Under the pieces are notes generated by a model. That model did no database searches. It was not told the DNA's origin and was given only the letters and a program-made list of their open reading frames with translations. Made by a program: the position numbers and the translations under genes. A stretch of DNA of 64,000 nt from an uncultured Methanosarcinaceae archaeon (GTDB lineage: Archaea > Halobacteriota > Methanosarcinia > Methanosarcinales > Methanosarcinaceae), in contig CAVTET010000001.1 in assembly GCA_963733675.1 (NCBI GenBank), forward strand, positions 704,001 to 768,000. Reading direction: 5' to 3'. Shown here piece by piece: positions 21,507 through 33,035 of this stretch; the stretch's first letter is position 1; each line of letters starts with the position of its first letter.

Positions 21507-22757
21507 ATGGGAAAATTCAAAATAAAATGTCTGAAGTGCGGAAAAGAATATGGTCATCAGTACAAGCTCACCTGTGAGAACGATGACTCCATCTTGCGGG
21601 CGGAATATTTTGAAAAAAGGCTGGATCTACGAAAGCAGCCAGGTATGGGAAGATTTCATTCCTGGCTTCCGGTCCAGGAAGAACTTACTACGGATGCAGG
21701 ACCCACTACCTACAAAAGTGAGGCTTTCGCCAGGGAACTCGGGCTCTTAAACCTTTACATAGGATTCAGTGGGTATTGGCCCGAAAGGGGATCTTTTATC
21801 AAAACCTGCAGTTTCAAAGAACTTGAGGCTTACCCTACCATGCAGCTTCTAAAAGAAAGTGGTGGTAAAGCTATAGTACTTGCCTCTGCCGGAAATACAG
21901 GTCGGGCATTTGCTCATGTCTCGGTCTTAACAGGCATAGATGCCTACATAGTAGTCCCAGATTCCGGAATTTCATATTTATGGCTGCCTGAAGAACCGAA
22001 TGAGTCAGTTCATTTGATCTATATGAGCCCAGGGAACGACTACACTGACGCTATCAACCTTGCAGTAAGAGTTGCAAAACTGCCTGGATTGGTTTTCGAA
22101 GGCGGAGCCAGAAATATCGCCCGAAGGGATGGGATGGGCACTGTGATGCTGGATGCAGCAGTAACCCTCGGAAAAATGCCTGATCACTACTTTCAGGCAG
22201 TAGGGAGCGGAACCGGGGGAATCTCAGCATGGGAAGCTTCCTTACGCTTAAGGGCCGACGGACGATTCGGGCAGAAACTTCCAAAATTACAGCTTGCTCA
22301 GAACCTTCCTTTTGTACCTATCTACAGTGCCTGGCAGGCAAAAAGAAGGGAAATTATTCCTGAAATTGATATGAAGGATGCTAAGAAACAGATAGAGGAA
22401 ACTTATGCATCGGTCCTTACAAATCGGACTCCTCCTTATGGCATAAAAGGAGGACTATATGATGCACTTGTTGATACTGATGGGGTGATGTACGCAATTA
22501 CCAGAGAAGAAGCTCTTGAGGCTAAGGTACTTTTCGAATCGCTGGAGGGGATTGACATACTGCCCCCATCCGCGGTTGCTGTAGCTTCCCTGTTAAAAGC
22601 TGTAAAAACTGGGAACGTTGGGACGGGAGATGTCATTCTCCTAAATATTGCAGGTGGGGGGTACATCAGGCTAAAAGAAGACTTCACACTTTTTCAGATC
22701 TCACCGGTAGCTCATGCCAAAAATTCAGATGTCCTTTTAGAATATCTAAATATTTGA
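21507..22757 (+). CDS. Cysteate synthase (threonine synthase-like PLP enzyme, coenzyme M biosynthesis)
   Basis: TCSFKELEA PLP lysine, ASAGNTGRAF, HYFQAVGSGTGG; directly upstream of fused comDE as in Methanosarcinales. Confidence 0.9.
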   Translation: MGKFKIKCLKCGKEYGHQYKLTCENDDSILRAEYFEKRLDLRKQPGMGRFHSWLPVQEELTTDAGPTTYKSEAFARELGLLNLYIGFSGYWPERGSFIKTCSFKELEAYPTMQLLKESGGKAIVLASAGNTGRAFAHVSVLTGIDAYIVVPDSGISYLWLPEEPNESVHLIYMSPGNDYTDAINLAVRVAKLPGLVFEGGARNIARRDGMGTVMLDAAVTLGKMPDHYFQAVGSGTGGISAWEASLRLRADGRFGQKLPKLQLAQNLPFVPIYSAWQAKRREIIPEIDMKDAKKQIEETYASVLTNRTPPYGIKGGLYDALVDTDGVMYAITREEALEAKVLFESLEGIDILPPSAVAVASLLKAVKTGNVGTGDVILLNIAGGGYIRLKEDFTLFQISPVAHAKNSDVLLEYLNI

Positions 22758-22831
22758 GTGAGGAGAACTATAGAACAAGCACTAAATATTAAAGGACTAT
22801 AGAATAAAAAAGAAAGCTGAAGAGGTATGTC

Positions 22832-23989
22832 ATGGCAAGTCCCGAAGAAGAAGTTATAGCAATTATGAAAAAAGAAGGTATTGACCTTGCTGCAACTTTG
22901 CCCTGTGACCGAATCAAGAACCTACTTCCTCTTGTTTCGGATAATTTCCCAGAAATCAGGTTGACTAGGGAAGAAAATGGTGTGGGTATTTGTGCCGGCG
23001 CTTACCTTGCAGGGGGAAAACCCATGATGCTAATTCAAAGTACAGGACTTGGGAATATGATTAACGCTCTAGAATCCCTAAATGTAATATGCAAAATTCC
23101 ATTACCTGTACTTACAAGCTGGCGTGGAGTTTATGGAGAATATATTGAGGCGCAAGTTCCTTTTGGGGTTCACCTTCCAGCCATTCTCAAAGGAGCAGAG
23201 CTGGAATACACAATAATTGGAGACGTTGAAAAGATTTATCTCCTTGAAAACGTAATTAAAGATGCTTTTGAAAATTTAAGGCCTCACGTTGCTCTGATAT
23301 CACCTAAAGTATGGGAAGCTTCGAGCTGCTGCAGATGGGAAGTTGCGGGCCTTCCAGAAAAACCGAAGGTTATGGAAAGAACATGCGGGTTTAACCTCAA
23401 GATGAAAAATATCAAGCCATTGATGCTCAGGAACGAGGCAATTTGTGCAGTTGCCTCGCAACTTGATGACGAAATTACAGTAACAAATCTAGGAATCCCC
23501 TGTAAGGAACTTTATGCCTACAAAGACAGAGATCTCAATTTTTATATGTTTGGTTCAATGGGGCTTGTTTCCTCGATTGGCCTTGGAATTGCGCTCCGCG
23601 CCGAAAAGATAGTAGTGGTTTTTGATGGGGATGGAAGCCTGTTGATGAATCCTAATGCCCTTCTTGAAGCTGCAAAAGAAGCCACTAAAAACTTAATAAT
23701 TATTGGCCTTGATAATGGTTCTTATGGGTCTACGGGTTCGCAGGAAACATGTGCTATGCGCTATATTGACCTTGAAATTTTTGCAAAAGCATGCGGGATC
23801 CAAAATACGGCTAAAGTAAACAGCAGGGAAGGTTTAATAGAGGCTTTCAAGAGGTTTAGGGCCATGCAAGAACTTTCATTCATCCATGTAATCCTTAAAC
23901 CAGGAAACACAAAAGCCCCAAATATTCCCCTAAGTCCAGAAGATGTTACAAAACGCTTTAAAAGGGCTTTAGAAGCAGAAAAACTATGA
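22832..23989 (+). CDS. comDE: Sulfopyruvate decarboxylase, fused alpha/beta
   Basis: TREENGVGICAG, IQSTGLGN, FYMFGSMG, TPP motif DGDGSLLMN...DNGSYGSTG. Confidence 0.92.
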   Translation: MASPEEEVIAIMKKEGIDLAATLPCDRIKNLLPLVSDNFPEIRLTREENGVGICAGAYLAGGKPMMLIQSTGLGNMINALESLNVICKIPLPVLTSWRGVYGEYIEAQVPFGVHLPAILKGAELEYTIIGDVEKIYLLENVIKDAFENLRPHVALISPKVWEASSCCRWEVAGLPEKPKVMERTCGFNLKMKNIKPLMLRNEAICAVASQLDDEITVTNLGIPCKELYAYKDRDLNFYMFGSMGLVSSIGLGIALRAEKIVVVFDGDGSLLMNPNALLEAAKEATKNLIIIGLDNGSYGSTGSQETCAMRYIDLEIFAKACGIQNTAKVNSREGLIEAFKRFRAMQELSFIHVILKPGNTKAPNIPLSPEDVTKRFKRALEAEKL

Positions 23990-24384
23990 ATTTTTCAAAT
24001 CAAAATGGTTATGAAACCTTGAAAACAGAACACATATTAATTATTGAAAATTCAACCCTAACTTTAACAATCGAGTAAAAATATTTGCCTTTGTTTATGT
24101 TATTCTTTCAAATAAATATAAACACAGAACAGAGAACATTCCATACACTTCCCAATAAGAATATATCCGTTGCTCCAGATTTATTCTTGCTGCGAATCCT
24201 TTTATAAATATAGATAGATCTGGTGAGTTATAAGCTAATTGATAACTTTATTGTCAAGAAAGGTGGCAAATGTTTAAGCCATGAATAAATTTTCAACACC
24301 TTATACCTTGAAGATTCCATGAAAGAGTCCTTTACCTAGCTCTTGAAATCTGGGGATTAACAAAGAGTCGATATTCCACATATG

Positions 24385-24510
24385 TTCATAGATGTAAAAT
24401 TTGTTTGCTGATTTACCCACTCTAATTCATTGAAAATTGGATTAATTGTGGAGCTACTGTCATAATGGAATAACAGCTGAATTTTTGTGTATATCTATGG
24501 AAAGTGGGGT
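24385..24510. repeat. Repeat family B copy
   Basis: ATTCATTGAAAATTGGATTAATT...GCTACTGTCATA...TTTGTGTATATCTATGGAAAGTGGGG. Confidence 0.65.
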
Positions 24511-24545
24511 AACTAATTATGTCTTCTAATCAGGTATTGGAATTT

Positions 24546-25016
24546 TTAAGATTCGGTTTTTTTTACTCGTCTGCCGTGCCTATCAATTTCTCCTTGTGCA
24601 ATTCTTGTTGAAGAAATAGGGATTCCATCTTCAGCCATTACATATTCCACATATACAATTTTCAGAAGTTCCTTTCCATTTTGTTCTCTTATAAGGTTGA
24701 TTTTAAGGGCAACTGGATAAGTCTCAGGAGAGACAATTATATAATCAAAATCCTCTTCTAGACTGGGGCCGTAGGGATCATTCAGCTTTGTAACTTCATA
24801 TGTGTCTTCAGGGAATCCAATTTCCATTAAATACCGCAGCAGTTGATTCCTACGACTTTCATAATTCTCGATAGTGTGCATCTTTTGCAGCATTTCGTCC
24901 GAGGTAAGCCCGATATGAACTTTTCCATCTCCTGCTATCTCAAATGCTTTTTTAATTAATTTGGCATGGCCATCATGAAGATACTGAAATGTACCGCCTA
25001 CTGCGACCTTTGGCAT
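24546..25016 (-). CDS. coaD: Archaeal phosphopantetheine adenylyltransferase
   Basis: MPKVAVGGTFQYLHDGH, VSPET, ISSTRI..GEID motifs. Confidence 0.92.
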   Translation of the reverse strand: MPKVAVGGTFQYLHDGHAKLIKKAFEIAGDGKVHIGLTSDEMLQKMHTIENYESRRNQLLRYLMEIGFPEDTYEVTKLNDPYGPSLEEDFDYIIVSPETYPVALKINLIREQNGKELLKIVYVEYVMAEDGIPISSTRIAQGEIDRHGRRVKKTES

Positions 25017-25279
25017 GATATGTGATAATCCACTAAGTAAAAAGAGGTTTTGGTTTTTGTTACGGTTTTTTGAAGAGATTCCTTTTTGGATTATCAAGAA
25101 TTTGCTGTTAATTTAAAGTTAAATTTTTGAGTACTGTGTGTGATAAAGTCTAATGATTTGGGTTTTCCCCATTAATAACCTATTGAGGTTTATGATTTAT
25201 CAAAAAATTAGGCAAGATGCCACTTATTTCTTCATCTTGAAATTGCAAATATAAAAATAAGACAGCTTATTTTATTTTC

Positions 25280-25410
25280 GACATTTTGCAGATGTACACT
25301 AGGTATTTGTTTACCTATTTGTCCAATGTTATTCATTAAAAGTTGGATTAATTTCGAAGATACTGTCAAATTGAGAAAGTAAATGGCATTCTCGTGTACA
25401 TCTACAGAGT
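25280..25410. repeat. Repeat family B copy
   Basis: TTTGCAGATGTACAC...TACTGTCAAATTGAGAAAG...CTCGTGTACATCTACAGA; inverted ends GATGTACAC / GTGTACATC. Confidence 0.7.
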
Positions 25411-25570
25411 AGGTTACTTATTTTTGTAAGTTTTTTCGGCATTCCACTACTTTTCACAGGCTTTCCATTAATACTTTCACTCTGGCTCCTCTAGTTATAT
25501 ATACATGCAAAACGATGTGAAACAACCGTTATGCACCTTATCTAAACATGTGAATCTAGGAGGATTTGTA

Positions 25571-26548
25571 ATGAGCGAAATGTCACTCGAAGAGTTGCCT
25601 GGAGTTGGCCCTGCAACTGCAGAAAAACTAAAAGAAGCCGGATTTAACACAATTGAAGCAGTGGCTGTAGCTTCTCCATCTGAACTTGCAACAACAGTCG
25701 AAATCGGAGAATCAACTGCTGCAAAAATCATCAATGCTGCCAGGCAGGCAGCTGATATCGGAGGTTTTGAAACCGGGGACTTAGTGCTTGAAAGGCGAAA
25801 ACTGGTGGGCAAGCTGACAACCGGTTGTACGGAATTTGATGAAATGATGGGGGGAGGAATCGAAACCCAGGCTATCACAGAGCTGTATGGGGAATTCGGT
25901 TCCGGAAAAACCCAATTGGCTCATCAGCTAGCAGTGAACGTTCAAATGGACAGAGAACACGGTGGCCTAAGTGGTTCTGTCATCATAATAGATACTGAAA
26001 ATACATTCAGGCCTGAAAGAATAACTCAAATGGTGAAAGGGATTTCTGAGAAGTACGGCATAGAACTTGACCCTGAAGAGTTCCTTCAGAATATTCATGT
26101 TGCTAGAGCATACAATTCCAATCACCAGATACTTCTTGTAGATTCCGCAACAGATTTAGCAAACGAACTTAAAGAAATTGGCAAACCTACCCGCCTGTTA
26201 ATCGTCGACTCACTTATGGCTCATTTCAGGGCTGAATATGTTGGTAGGGGAACCCTCGCTGACAGACAACAGAAACTCAATAAGCACATGCATGGTTTGC
26301 TTCGTTTTGGTGACTTATTCAATGCCTGTGTAGTTGTAACAAACCAGGTGATGTCAAAGCCCGATACATTCTTTGGCGATCCCACAAGACCAATTGGAGG
26401 GCATATTGTGGGGCACACTGCAACCTTCAGACTTTACCTAAGAAAATCCAAAGGAGAAAAAAGAATCGTACGTCTAGTTGACTCGCCCAACCTGCCGGAA
26501 GGAGAAGCTGTTATCGCAGTCACTACAGCTGGACTGACTGATCAATGA
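25571..26548 (+). CDS. radA: DNA repair and recombination protein RadA
   Basis: Hh[16 protein letters not shown], Walker [39 protein letters not shown]. Confidence 0.98.
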   Translation: MSEMSLEELPGVGPATAEKLKEAGFNTIEAVAVASPSELATTVEIGESTAAKIINAARQAADIGGFETGDLVLERRKLVGKLTTGCTEFDEMMGGGIETQAITELYGEFGSGKTQLAHQLAVNVQMDREHGGLSGSVIIIDTENTFRPERITQMVKGISEKYGIELDPEEFLQNIHVARAYNSNHQILLVDSATDLANELKEIGKPTRLLIVDSLMAHFRAEYVGRGTLADRQQKLNKHMHGLLRFGDLFNACVVVTNQVMSKPDTFFGDPTRPIGGHIVGHTATFRLYLRKSKGEKRIVRLVDSPNLPEGEAVIAVTTAGLTDQ

Positions 26549-26616
26549 AAATTAGAACTAGATGATAAATATTTATTTATGGGAAAACATTTTATTTCCC
26601 CATCCAATAGTTTTTA

Positions 26617-26772
26617 ATGAAATGCAGAGCTATAGTTGTTGACATTGGTGGGACAATTACTTGCGAGAAAAGGGAATTCCAGATAGGGAACATCAAGAAA
26701 ATATGTTTTCTTAAAGCCTCAGTTGCTCTTGCCACGGAAGGTGTTCTATGGAGAATTTTGATAAACTCCTAG
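26617..26772 (+). pseudogene. HAD-family phosphatase (phosphoglycolate phosphatase-like) N-terminal remnant, truncated at a repeat
   Basis: MKCRAIVVDIGGTITCEKREF...VALATEG (HAD DxDGT and LATG motifs, degraded); similarity ends at the family A repeat at 26751. Confidence 0.65.
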
Positions 26773-26838
26773 GTTCTGTCACATGTTTATAAATGTCATA
26801 TGAATAATTCTTGAAAATAGAGGTTTATCGAAATCCTC
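26751..26838. repeat. Repeat family A copy
   Basis: GAGAATTTTGATAAAC...GTTTATCGAAATCCTC. Confidence 0.8.
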
Positions 26839-27185
26839 CATAGTTCATCAATACTGTATATTTGAGCATTCTTTTTGTTTATATACACGAAATGCAGCAA
26901 TGTCGCAGATTTGCTGCAAATTTGACATCATAGTTTTTGTATACTTCATGTAATTAGATTCGTCATAATTGTTATTCCTTACTTATGATTTATTTAGATG
27001 TGTGATTTTACCGAAAAATTGATACACTGCTCTGAATGTAAATTGTATATCTTTTTAGGTATAGGAGGATAAATAATCAGAAAATTTTCAAATATTTCTA
27101 GTTTTGTTAGGATTATTTATAGTTTCATCGCAATATTTAACTACAAAAAGTTTCTATTTAATGCTGATAGGAGGGTTGTTAAGTG

Positions 27186-27359
27186 ATGAAATTATGGGAA
27201 TATGATTCTCGCAGGATTCATGGTGTTCACCTGGCACAGCAGATGATAGACCTCGAAAGAATTGGAAACGAGGGCTGGGAGCTGGTATTGATGAAAAACG
27301 ATATAGACGAAGATGGAGCAGTGACAGCAATTTTCAAAAGAGAAAAAGAAAGTGAGTAA
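27186..27359 (+). CDS. Small protein (57 aa), DUF4177-like
   Basis: RBS AGGAGG; MKLWEYDSRRIHGVHLAQQMIDLERIGNEGWELVLMKNDIDEDGAVTAIFKREKESE has the WEY...G.EGWELV...FKR pattern. Not in the supplied ORF track. Confidence 0.75.
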   Translation: MKLWEYDSRRIHGVHLAQQMIDLERIGNEGWELVLMKNDIDEDGAVTAIFKREKESE

Positions 27360-28242
27360 CTAAATTTAATTGATAGCCTTTAAATTTTAATTTTCCTCAT
27401 CAAAAAGTTCCATTCTCCTAATATTTATTTTCCAAATAATTGTAGGAGTATGCTCTTAAGTATAATAGATAGTTTGTCACTCGAAAAGGAATCAATCTTA
27501 ATGATTTTCCTTTTGGAATTTCTTCTTTCGAGATTTTACAATGTCCACTAGGAAATTCACCTTACTATCTTCAGTTTTGATATCTAACATGAGATGTAAA
27601 GGGATTCAGAGCTTATTAAGATGAAAAATAATTAAATTGCTTAGTACTAGTGTTTTTAATGTTCTACGTTGTTTTTTTCCGGTACTCACACAATAGCATT
27701 CAATGGACATTGTAGTTACTAAATTTCTATAATATTACGAATAATTAGAGTTGTATCTTAGTCTACTTATATATACAGTACTGCCATTCTACTAATTTTT
27801 GTATTACTTTTAAATCATACCAAATAATGGTTCTGATTTTTTTGTAACTCTAGCTTTATATAAAATCTCAAAGACAACATTCCATGTGCTCAGTGTGATT
27901 CTTTGTTCTCTGTGGACACTTTTTCACACATCAGAAATGCTTTATTCTTCGATGATATCTTATAATTTTCCGTACTTTTTGGCTATATCTTCTCTTTTGA
28001 ATTTATCCATATTCAGATATTTGTTAGCCAATATTTAGGAGGGGAGCAAAGAGACAAAAAAAATCTAGTTAAAAAGCAAGTAAAGTGTTAACAATACAAA
28101 ATATTATTAAACTTTAATATATTATACTAATCCGAAATCCATATTTCCGACATGAAAACTCAAGATCTAATAACCTGAGACCAATGTAACTCCAATCCAA
28201 CATCTGAATAATTTAAAATAATCAGACACAGGAGCAAATTTA

Positions 28243-29460
28243 ATGTATTTTCTGAAATGTATCGAATGCGATGCAGAGTATTCCAAAGATGCAATAATCT
28301 ATACTTGCAGCAAATGTGATGGTCTGCTTGATGTTATTTATAATTATTCCTCAATTGAGATTGATATGGATAAACTAAAGACTGAATGCCCCTCGGTCTG
28401 GAAGTACGCAAAACTTCTTCCTGTAAAAAGATTGCCAGTAACTCTCAAAGAGGGAGGGACTCCTCTTTACAAATGCGACCGTCTTGCCGAAAAGATAGGA
28501 ATAAAAAAACTGTATGTAAAACACGAAGGCATGAATCCAACAGGCTCCTTTAAGGATAGGGGAATGACAGTTGGGGTTACGAAAGCGCTTGAACTCGGAA
28601 TGAAAACATTTGCTTGCGCATCTACAGGGAATACCTCTGCAGCTCTTGCGATCTATGGGGCAAAAGCAGGAGTTCCTGTAATTGTGTTGCTACCTGCAGG
28701 AAAAGTAGCTCTTGGAAAACTTGCACAGGCTTTGATGCACGGGGCAAAAGTCCTAAGCATCCGTGGGAACTTTGATGACGCACTCGCTCTTGTGCGTACT
28801 CTCTGCTACCAGGAAAATATCTACCTTTTAAACTCAATAAATCCTTATAGACTGGAAGGCCAAAAAACCATTGGTTTTGAGATTGCAGATCAGCTAGGTT
28901 TTAGGGCGCCTGACATAGTTGTCCTTCCCATAGGGAATGCAGGGAATATTACTGCTATTCATAAAGGCTTCAAGGAGTTTAAGATACTCGGTATAACTAA
29001 TTCTCTTCCGAGGATGATAGGAATTCAGGCAGAAGGCTCTTGCCCAGTTGTAAAAGCTATAAAGAGTGGAGCTCCAAAGATAACTCCGGAAGGTAATCCT
29101 GAGACAATTGCAACAGCAATCAGGATAGGAAACCCTGTCAACTCCAAAAAAGCTCTCAGAGCAATACGGGAATCCGGTGGAACTGCAGAGTCAGTCACTG
29201 ACGAAGAAATTCTCGCAGCCCAGAAGGATCTTGCAAGGCTTGAGGGTATTGGGGTCGAACCTGCGAGTGCAGCATCTGTCGCAGGACTTCGGAAACTTGT
29301 AAAAATGGGCATAATAAACATAAATGAAACCGTGGTCTGCATCACCACCGGACATCTTCTAAAGGATATATCCTCTGTTAGTAAGATTTGCGAGGAACCT
29401 ACTGTAGTAGACGCAAATATCGAATCTATCCGGGAAGCTATCCTTGGCAAGGTTGAGTAA
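28243..29460 (+). CDS. thrC: Threonine synthase
   Basis: N-terminal Zn ribbon, NPTGSFKDRG, ASTGNTSA, NSINPYRLEGQKT, EPASAASVAG. Confidence 0.95.
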   Translation: MYFLKCIECDAEYSKDAIIYTCSKCDGLLDVIYNYSSIEIDMDKLKTECPSVWKYAKLLPVKRLPVTLKEGGTPLYKCDRLAEKIGIKKLYVKHEGMNPTGSFKDRGMTVGVTKALELGMKTFACASTGNTSAALAIYGAKAGVPVIVLLPAGKVALGKLAQALMHGAKVLSIRGNFDDALALVRTLCYQENIYLLNSINPYRLEGQKTIGFEIADQLGFRAPDIVVLPIGNAGNITAIHKGFKEFKILGITNSLPRMIGIQAEGSCPVVKAIKSGAPKITPEGNPETIATAIRIGNPVNSKKALRAIRESGGTAESVTDEEILAAQKDLARLEGIGVEPASAASVAGLRKLVKMGIININETVVCITTGHLLKDISSVSKICEEPTVVDANIESIREAILGKVE

Positions 29461-29812
29461 AAAAGCAAACAATTTAGTTTCATGACTTTGATTCATTGAC
29501 CAAATCTGAAAAACGAGTAACTCTTTCATTTATGGGTAAATGTAAAACTAGTCTAGTGCTGGAGATCTTCAACAACTCATAGAGGCAACACAAGTTGGAT
29601 TATATATCAAATTAGAGTGATACGAAGATGAATATTTTCGTGTAGAATCTTAACAGTTAAGAAATTGGCATAACAAGGCTCTAGTACCTGCAATCTATAA
29701 TATTTTTTAAGACCGCTTACTGGTTTCCTGTAATCGTTTTGATATGATTCATTATATACTCTACATTTAGATTAATTTCTTTTATCATAATTTCCGGTGG
29801 GTGAGAACACGA

Positions 29813-32716
29813 ATGGAGCATGACTATAAACCTCATGAGATTGAACATAAATGGCAAAAAATTTGGACTGAAAGCAAAATTTTTCAGGCAGAACCGAATA
29901 AACGGGAAAAATTTTTCATAACTATCCCCTACCCCTACCTTAACGGAAATCTCCATGCTGGGCACACCCGGACTTTTACTATAGGAGACGTAGTAGCCCG
30001 GTATAAACGGATGCTAGGATATAATGTGCTTTACCCCATGGGTTTTCATGTAACCGGTACTCCAATTGTGGGACTTGCGGAACTAATTGCAAGCCGGGAT
30101 CCTCAAACAATGGATGTCTACGAACATCTTCATGGAATTCCCACAGATATTCTCCCTACCCTTGAAACGCCTGAAGCTGTCGTTGATTACTTCAAGCATG
30201 AGGCTGAGAAAGCAATGCGTATGATAGGGTATTCTATTGATTGGAGACGGAAGTTCACAACCACGGACCCTACTTACAAAAAATTCATACAATGGCAATA
30301 CATTCGTCTTGCTGAAAAAAACCTAATTGTCAAAGGCTCTCACCCTTTAAAATGGTGTCCTCACGACAGCAACCCTGTAGAAGACCACGACATACTTTAT
30401 GGGGAAGATGCTACTATCGTGGAATATACCCTCATCAAATTTAGATATAAAGACCTAGTCTTTCCTTGTGCAACCCTCAGGCCGGAAACAACTTACGGAG
30501 TAACAAATCTTTGGGTCAATCCGAATGTGGATTACTTAAAAATAAGGGTTGAAAAAAACAGATGCGAAGAGTTCTGGGTCGTAAGCAGGGAAGCTTTCCG
30601 AAAATTAACCTTTACTGACAGGAAAGTCGAGTATCTTGAGGATATACCTGCAAAATCCCTAGTAGGAATTAAACTCACAAATCCGATAACAGGAGATAAA
30701 ATAATTTCCCTTCCGGCTTCTTTTGTCAGGCCTGAAAACGGGACCGGAATCGTAATGAGTGTGCCTGCACATGCGCCCTTTGACTACTTGGCACTTCGTG
30801 ACCTTTATGATGCTGATTTGCATGATTATGGGATAACCGAAGACTTGAAAGAAATCAAACTACTTTCCCTTATAAAAGTACCTGAATTTGGAGAATTTCC
30901 GGCAAAAGAAATCGTAGAAAGTATGGGAATAACAAGTCAGAGTGATAAAAAAGCTGAAGAAGCCACGAAGATTGTATACAGGAGAGAATTCCATGGTGGA
31001 ATGCTCAAAAAGATCACGGGAAAATATGAAGGATGTTCAGTCTCGAAGATCAAGGATATCCTTACTAGGGACTTAATCAATTCGGATTCTGGAGAGCTAT
31101 TTTATGAACTCAGTGAGCCAGTGGTTTGTCGCTGCGGTACACCATGTGTCGTAAATATGGTAAAAGGCCAGTGGTTCCTTAATTATTCAGATCCGGAATG
31201 GAAATCGAAAGTTTATAAATGCCTTAGCAAGATGCGGATTATTCCTGAAGACTATAAGGTTGAGTTTGAAAACAAGGTTGATTGGCTAAAAGACAAAGCA
31301 TGCGCTCGCAAAAAAGGGCTTGGAACCCGTCTGCCTCTTGATAAGGAATGGCTAATCGAGTCCCTAGGGGATTCGACAATTTACATGAGTTATTACATAA
31401 TTGCCAAATTCATAGAGAAAGGCGACCTGGCTCTGGAGCAGCTTACGCTTTCTTTCTTTGACTACATACTGCTCGGAAAAGGTGATAATGCCGCTGTTTC
31501 TGCAGAAACTGGTATTGAGTCAGGGATCCTGGATGAAATTCGCAGCGATTTTACCTACTGGTATCCTGTGGACTTACGTTCGTCCGGGAAGGATCTTGTT
31601 CCGAACCACCTGCTTTTCTTCCTCTTCCACCATGTAGTCCTTTTTGGGGAAGAAAACTGGCCAAAGGCTCTTGCTGTAAACGGCTTTGTTTCCCTTGAGG
31701 GGCAAAAAATGAGCAAATCCAAAGGGCCGATCCTCACTATGGAAAGTGCAGTAAGAGATTACGGTGCTGACATAACAAGAATGTACATACTTTCCACAGC
31801 TGAACAGACTCAGGATGCAGACTGGCATAAGACAGGAATTGAATCCACTCGAAAGCAGGTGGATAGGTTTTACTCCTTTGCAAAAAATGTTATAGATAGT
31901 GAAAAACATGGCTACACAAACTCTGAACTCAAGCAGATTGATCGTTGGATGCTTTCACGGATACAGGGCTACGTTCATAAAACAAATATTGCCCTAGACT
32001 CCATCCAGACAAGGGAAGCCATCCAAAATTCTTTCTTCTTGCTCATAAACGATGTAAAGTGGTACCAAAGGAGAGGTGGAGAGAATCTGTTATACGATGT
32101 GCTTGATAATTGGGTCAGGCTCCTAGCTCCCTTTATCCCACATATTTGTGAGGAAATTTGGGAGGCTATGGGACACGAAGATCCTGTTTCCCTTGTACAG
32201 TACCCTCTCTATAATGAAGATCTAACGAACGATGGCGCAGAACTCATCGAAGAAATTATTAGAGACACTCTGGCTGACATTGAAGAAATAATAAGAGTAA
32301 CAAAGATGACTCCGCAGAAAGTCCACCTATATACAGCGCCTGCCTGGAAACTATCAGTTGTAAAAAAATATATGTGTGGAATTGCCCTAAAACCTTCTAT
32401 TGAGGCAGGCACTTTTATTAAAACCCTTATGGGAAATCCTGAACTAAGAGTATTTGGAAAAGAAATTCCAAAGTTAGTTCAAAAGATTATTACCGAGTTC
32501 AAAAGCGGAGGTGCAGAAAGGTATGAGATTTTCGATGGCCTTGGTTTAGGTGAGCAGGACCTTCTGAAAGAGTCATCTTCGTTCCTGGAAAAAGAAATAG
32601 GCTGTCCTGTTGAGATTCACAGTGCAGATTCTCCAACTTATGACCCAGAAAAGAAGTCCAGGTTTGCGGAGCCTCTTAGGCCTGCTATTTATATTGAAGG
32701 AAAGAACGGAGGATAA
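29813..32716 (+). CDS. leuS: Leucine--tRNA ligase (archaeal type)
   Basis: PYPYLNGNLHAGH, ATLRPET, GIVMSVPAHAPFD editing motif, GKDLVPNHL, KMSKS. Confidence 0.97.
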   Translation: MEHDYKPHEIEHKWQKIWTESKIFQAEPNKREKFFITIPYPYLNGNLHAGHTRTFTIGDVVARYKRMLGYNVLYPMGFHVTGTPIVGLAELIASRDPQTMDVYEHLHGIPTDILPTLETPEAVVDYFKHEAEKAMRMIGYSIDWRRKFTTTDPTYKKFIQWQYIRLAEKNLIVKGSHPLKWCPHDSNPVEDHDILYGEDATIVEYTLIKFRYKDLVFPCATLRPETTYGVTNLWVNPNVDYLKIRVEKNRCEEFWVVSREAFRKLTFTDRKVEYLEDIPAKSLVGIKLTNPITGDKIISLPASFVRPENGTGIVMSVPAHAPFDYLALRDLYDADLHDYGITEDLKEIKLLSLIKVPEFGEFPAKEIVESMGITSQSDKKAEEATKIVYRREFHGGMLKKITGKYEGCSVSKIKDILTRDLINSDSGELFYELSEPVVCRCGTPCVVNMVKGQWFLNYSDPEWKSKVYKCLSKMRIIPEDYKVEFENKVDWLKDKACARKKGLGTRLPLDKEWLIESLGDSTIYMSYYIIAKFIEKGDLALEQLTLSFFDYILLGKGDNAAVSAETGIESGILDEIRSDFTYWYPVDLRSSGKDLVPNHLLFFLFHHVVLFGEENWPKALAVNGFVSLEGQKMSKSKGPILTMESAVRDYGADITRMYILSTAEQTQDADWHKTGIESTRKQVDRFYSFAKNVIDSEKHGYTNSELKQIDRWMLSRIQGYVHKTNIALDSIQTREAIQNSFFLLINDVKWYQRRGGENLLYDVLDNWVRLLAPFIPHICEEIWEAMGHEDPVSLVQYPLYNEDLTNDGAELIEEIIRDTLADIEEIIRVTKMTPQKVHLYTAPAWKLSVVKKYMCGIALKPSIEAGTFIKTLMGNPELRVFGKEIPKLVQKIITEFKSGGAERYEIFDGLGLGEQDLLKESSSFLEKEIGCPVEIHSADSPTYDPEKKSRFAEPLRPAIYIEGKNGG

Positions 32717-32897
32717 AAGAAGCCATTTAGGCTTCTAGGCTTTTTCATGCTTTTTTAGACTATTTTGATGCTTTAACTCCAAATCATTTCTCTATTTTAC
32801 ATTGGAAACAGTAGTCTTAATTTCTGTAGTTTCGAAGACTACTCTTATTCGGTCCAATTTTTCCTCAATGGTTCACAAGAGAAAACTTCATCTATCT

Positions 32898-33035
32898 GGA
32901 ATTTTGCAGATGCACATAGATATAAAATTCATTTGCTTATTTGTCCACCATTGGTCATTGAAAGCTAGATTAATTTTTAAGCTACTTTCATATTGAGAGA
33001 ATAGATGGTATTCTTGTGTACATTTGCATAAAGTG
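32898..33035. repeat. Repeat family B copy
   Basis: TTTGCAGATGCACA...TTAATTTTTAAGCTACTTTCATATTGAGAGAATAGATGG...TGTGTACATTTGCATAAAGTG. Confidence 0.75.

Noticed and set aside
21507-29460. Two threonine-synthase-like genes close together
   Set aside because: Explained by established biology: cysteate synthase (coenzyme M pathway, with comDE) and true ThrC.
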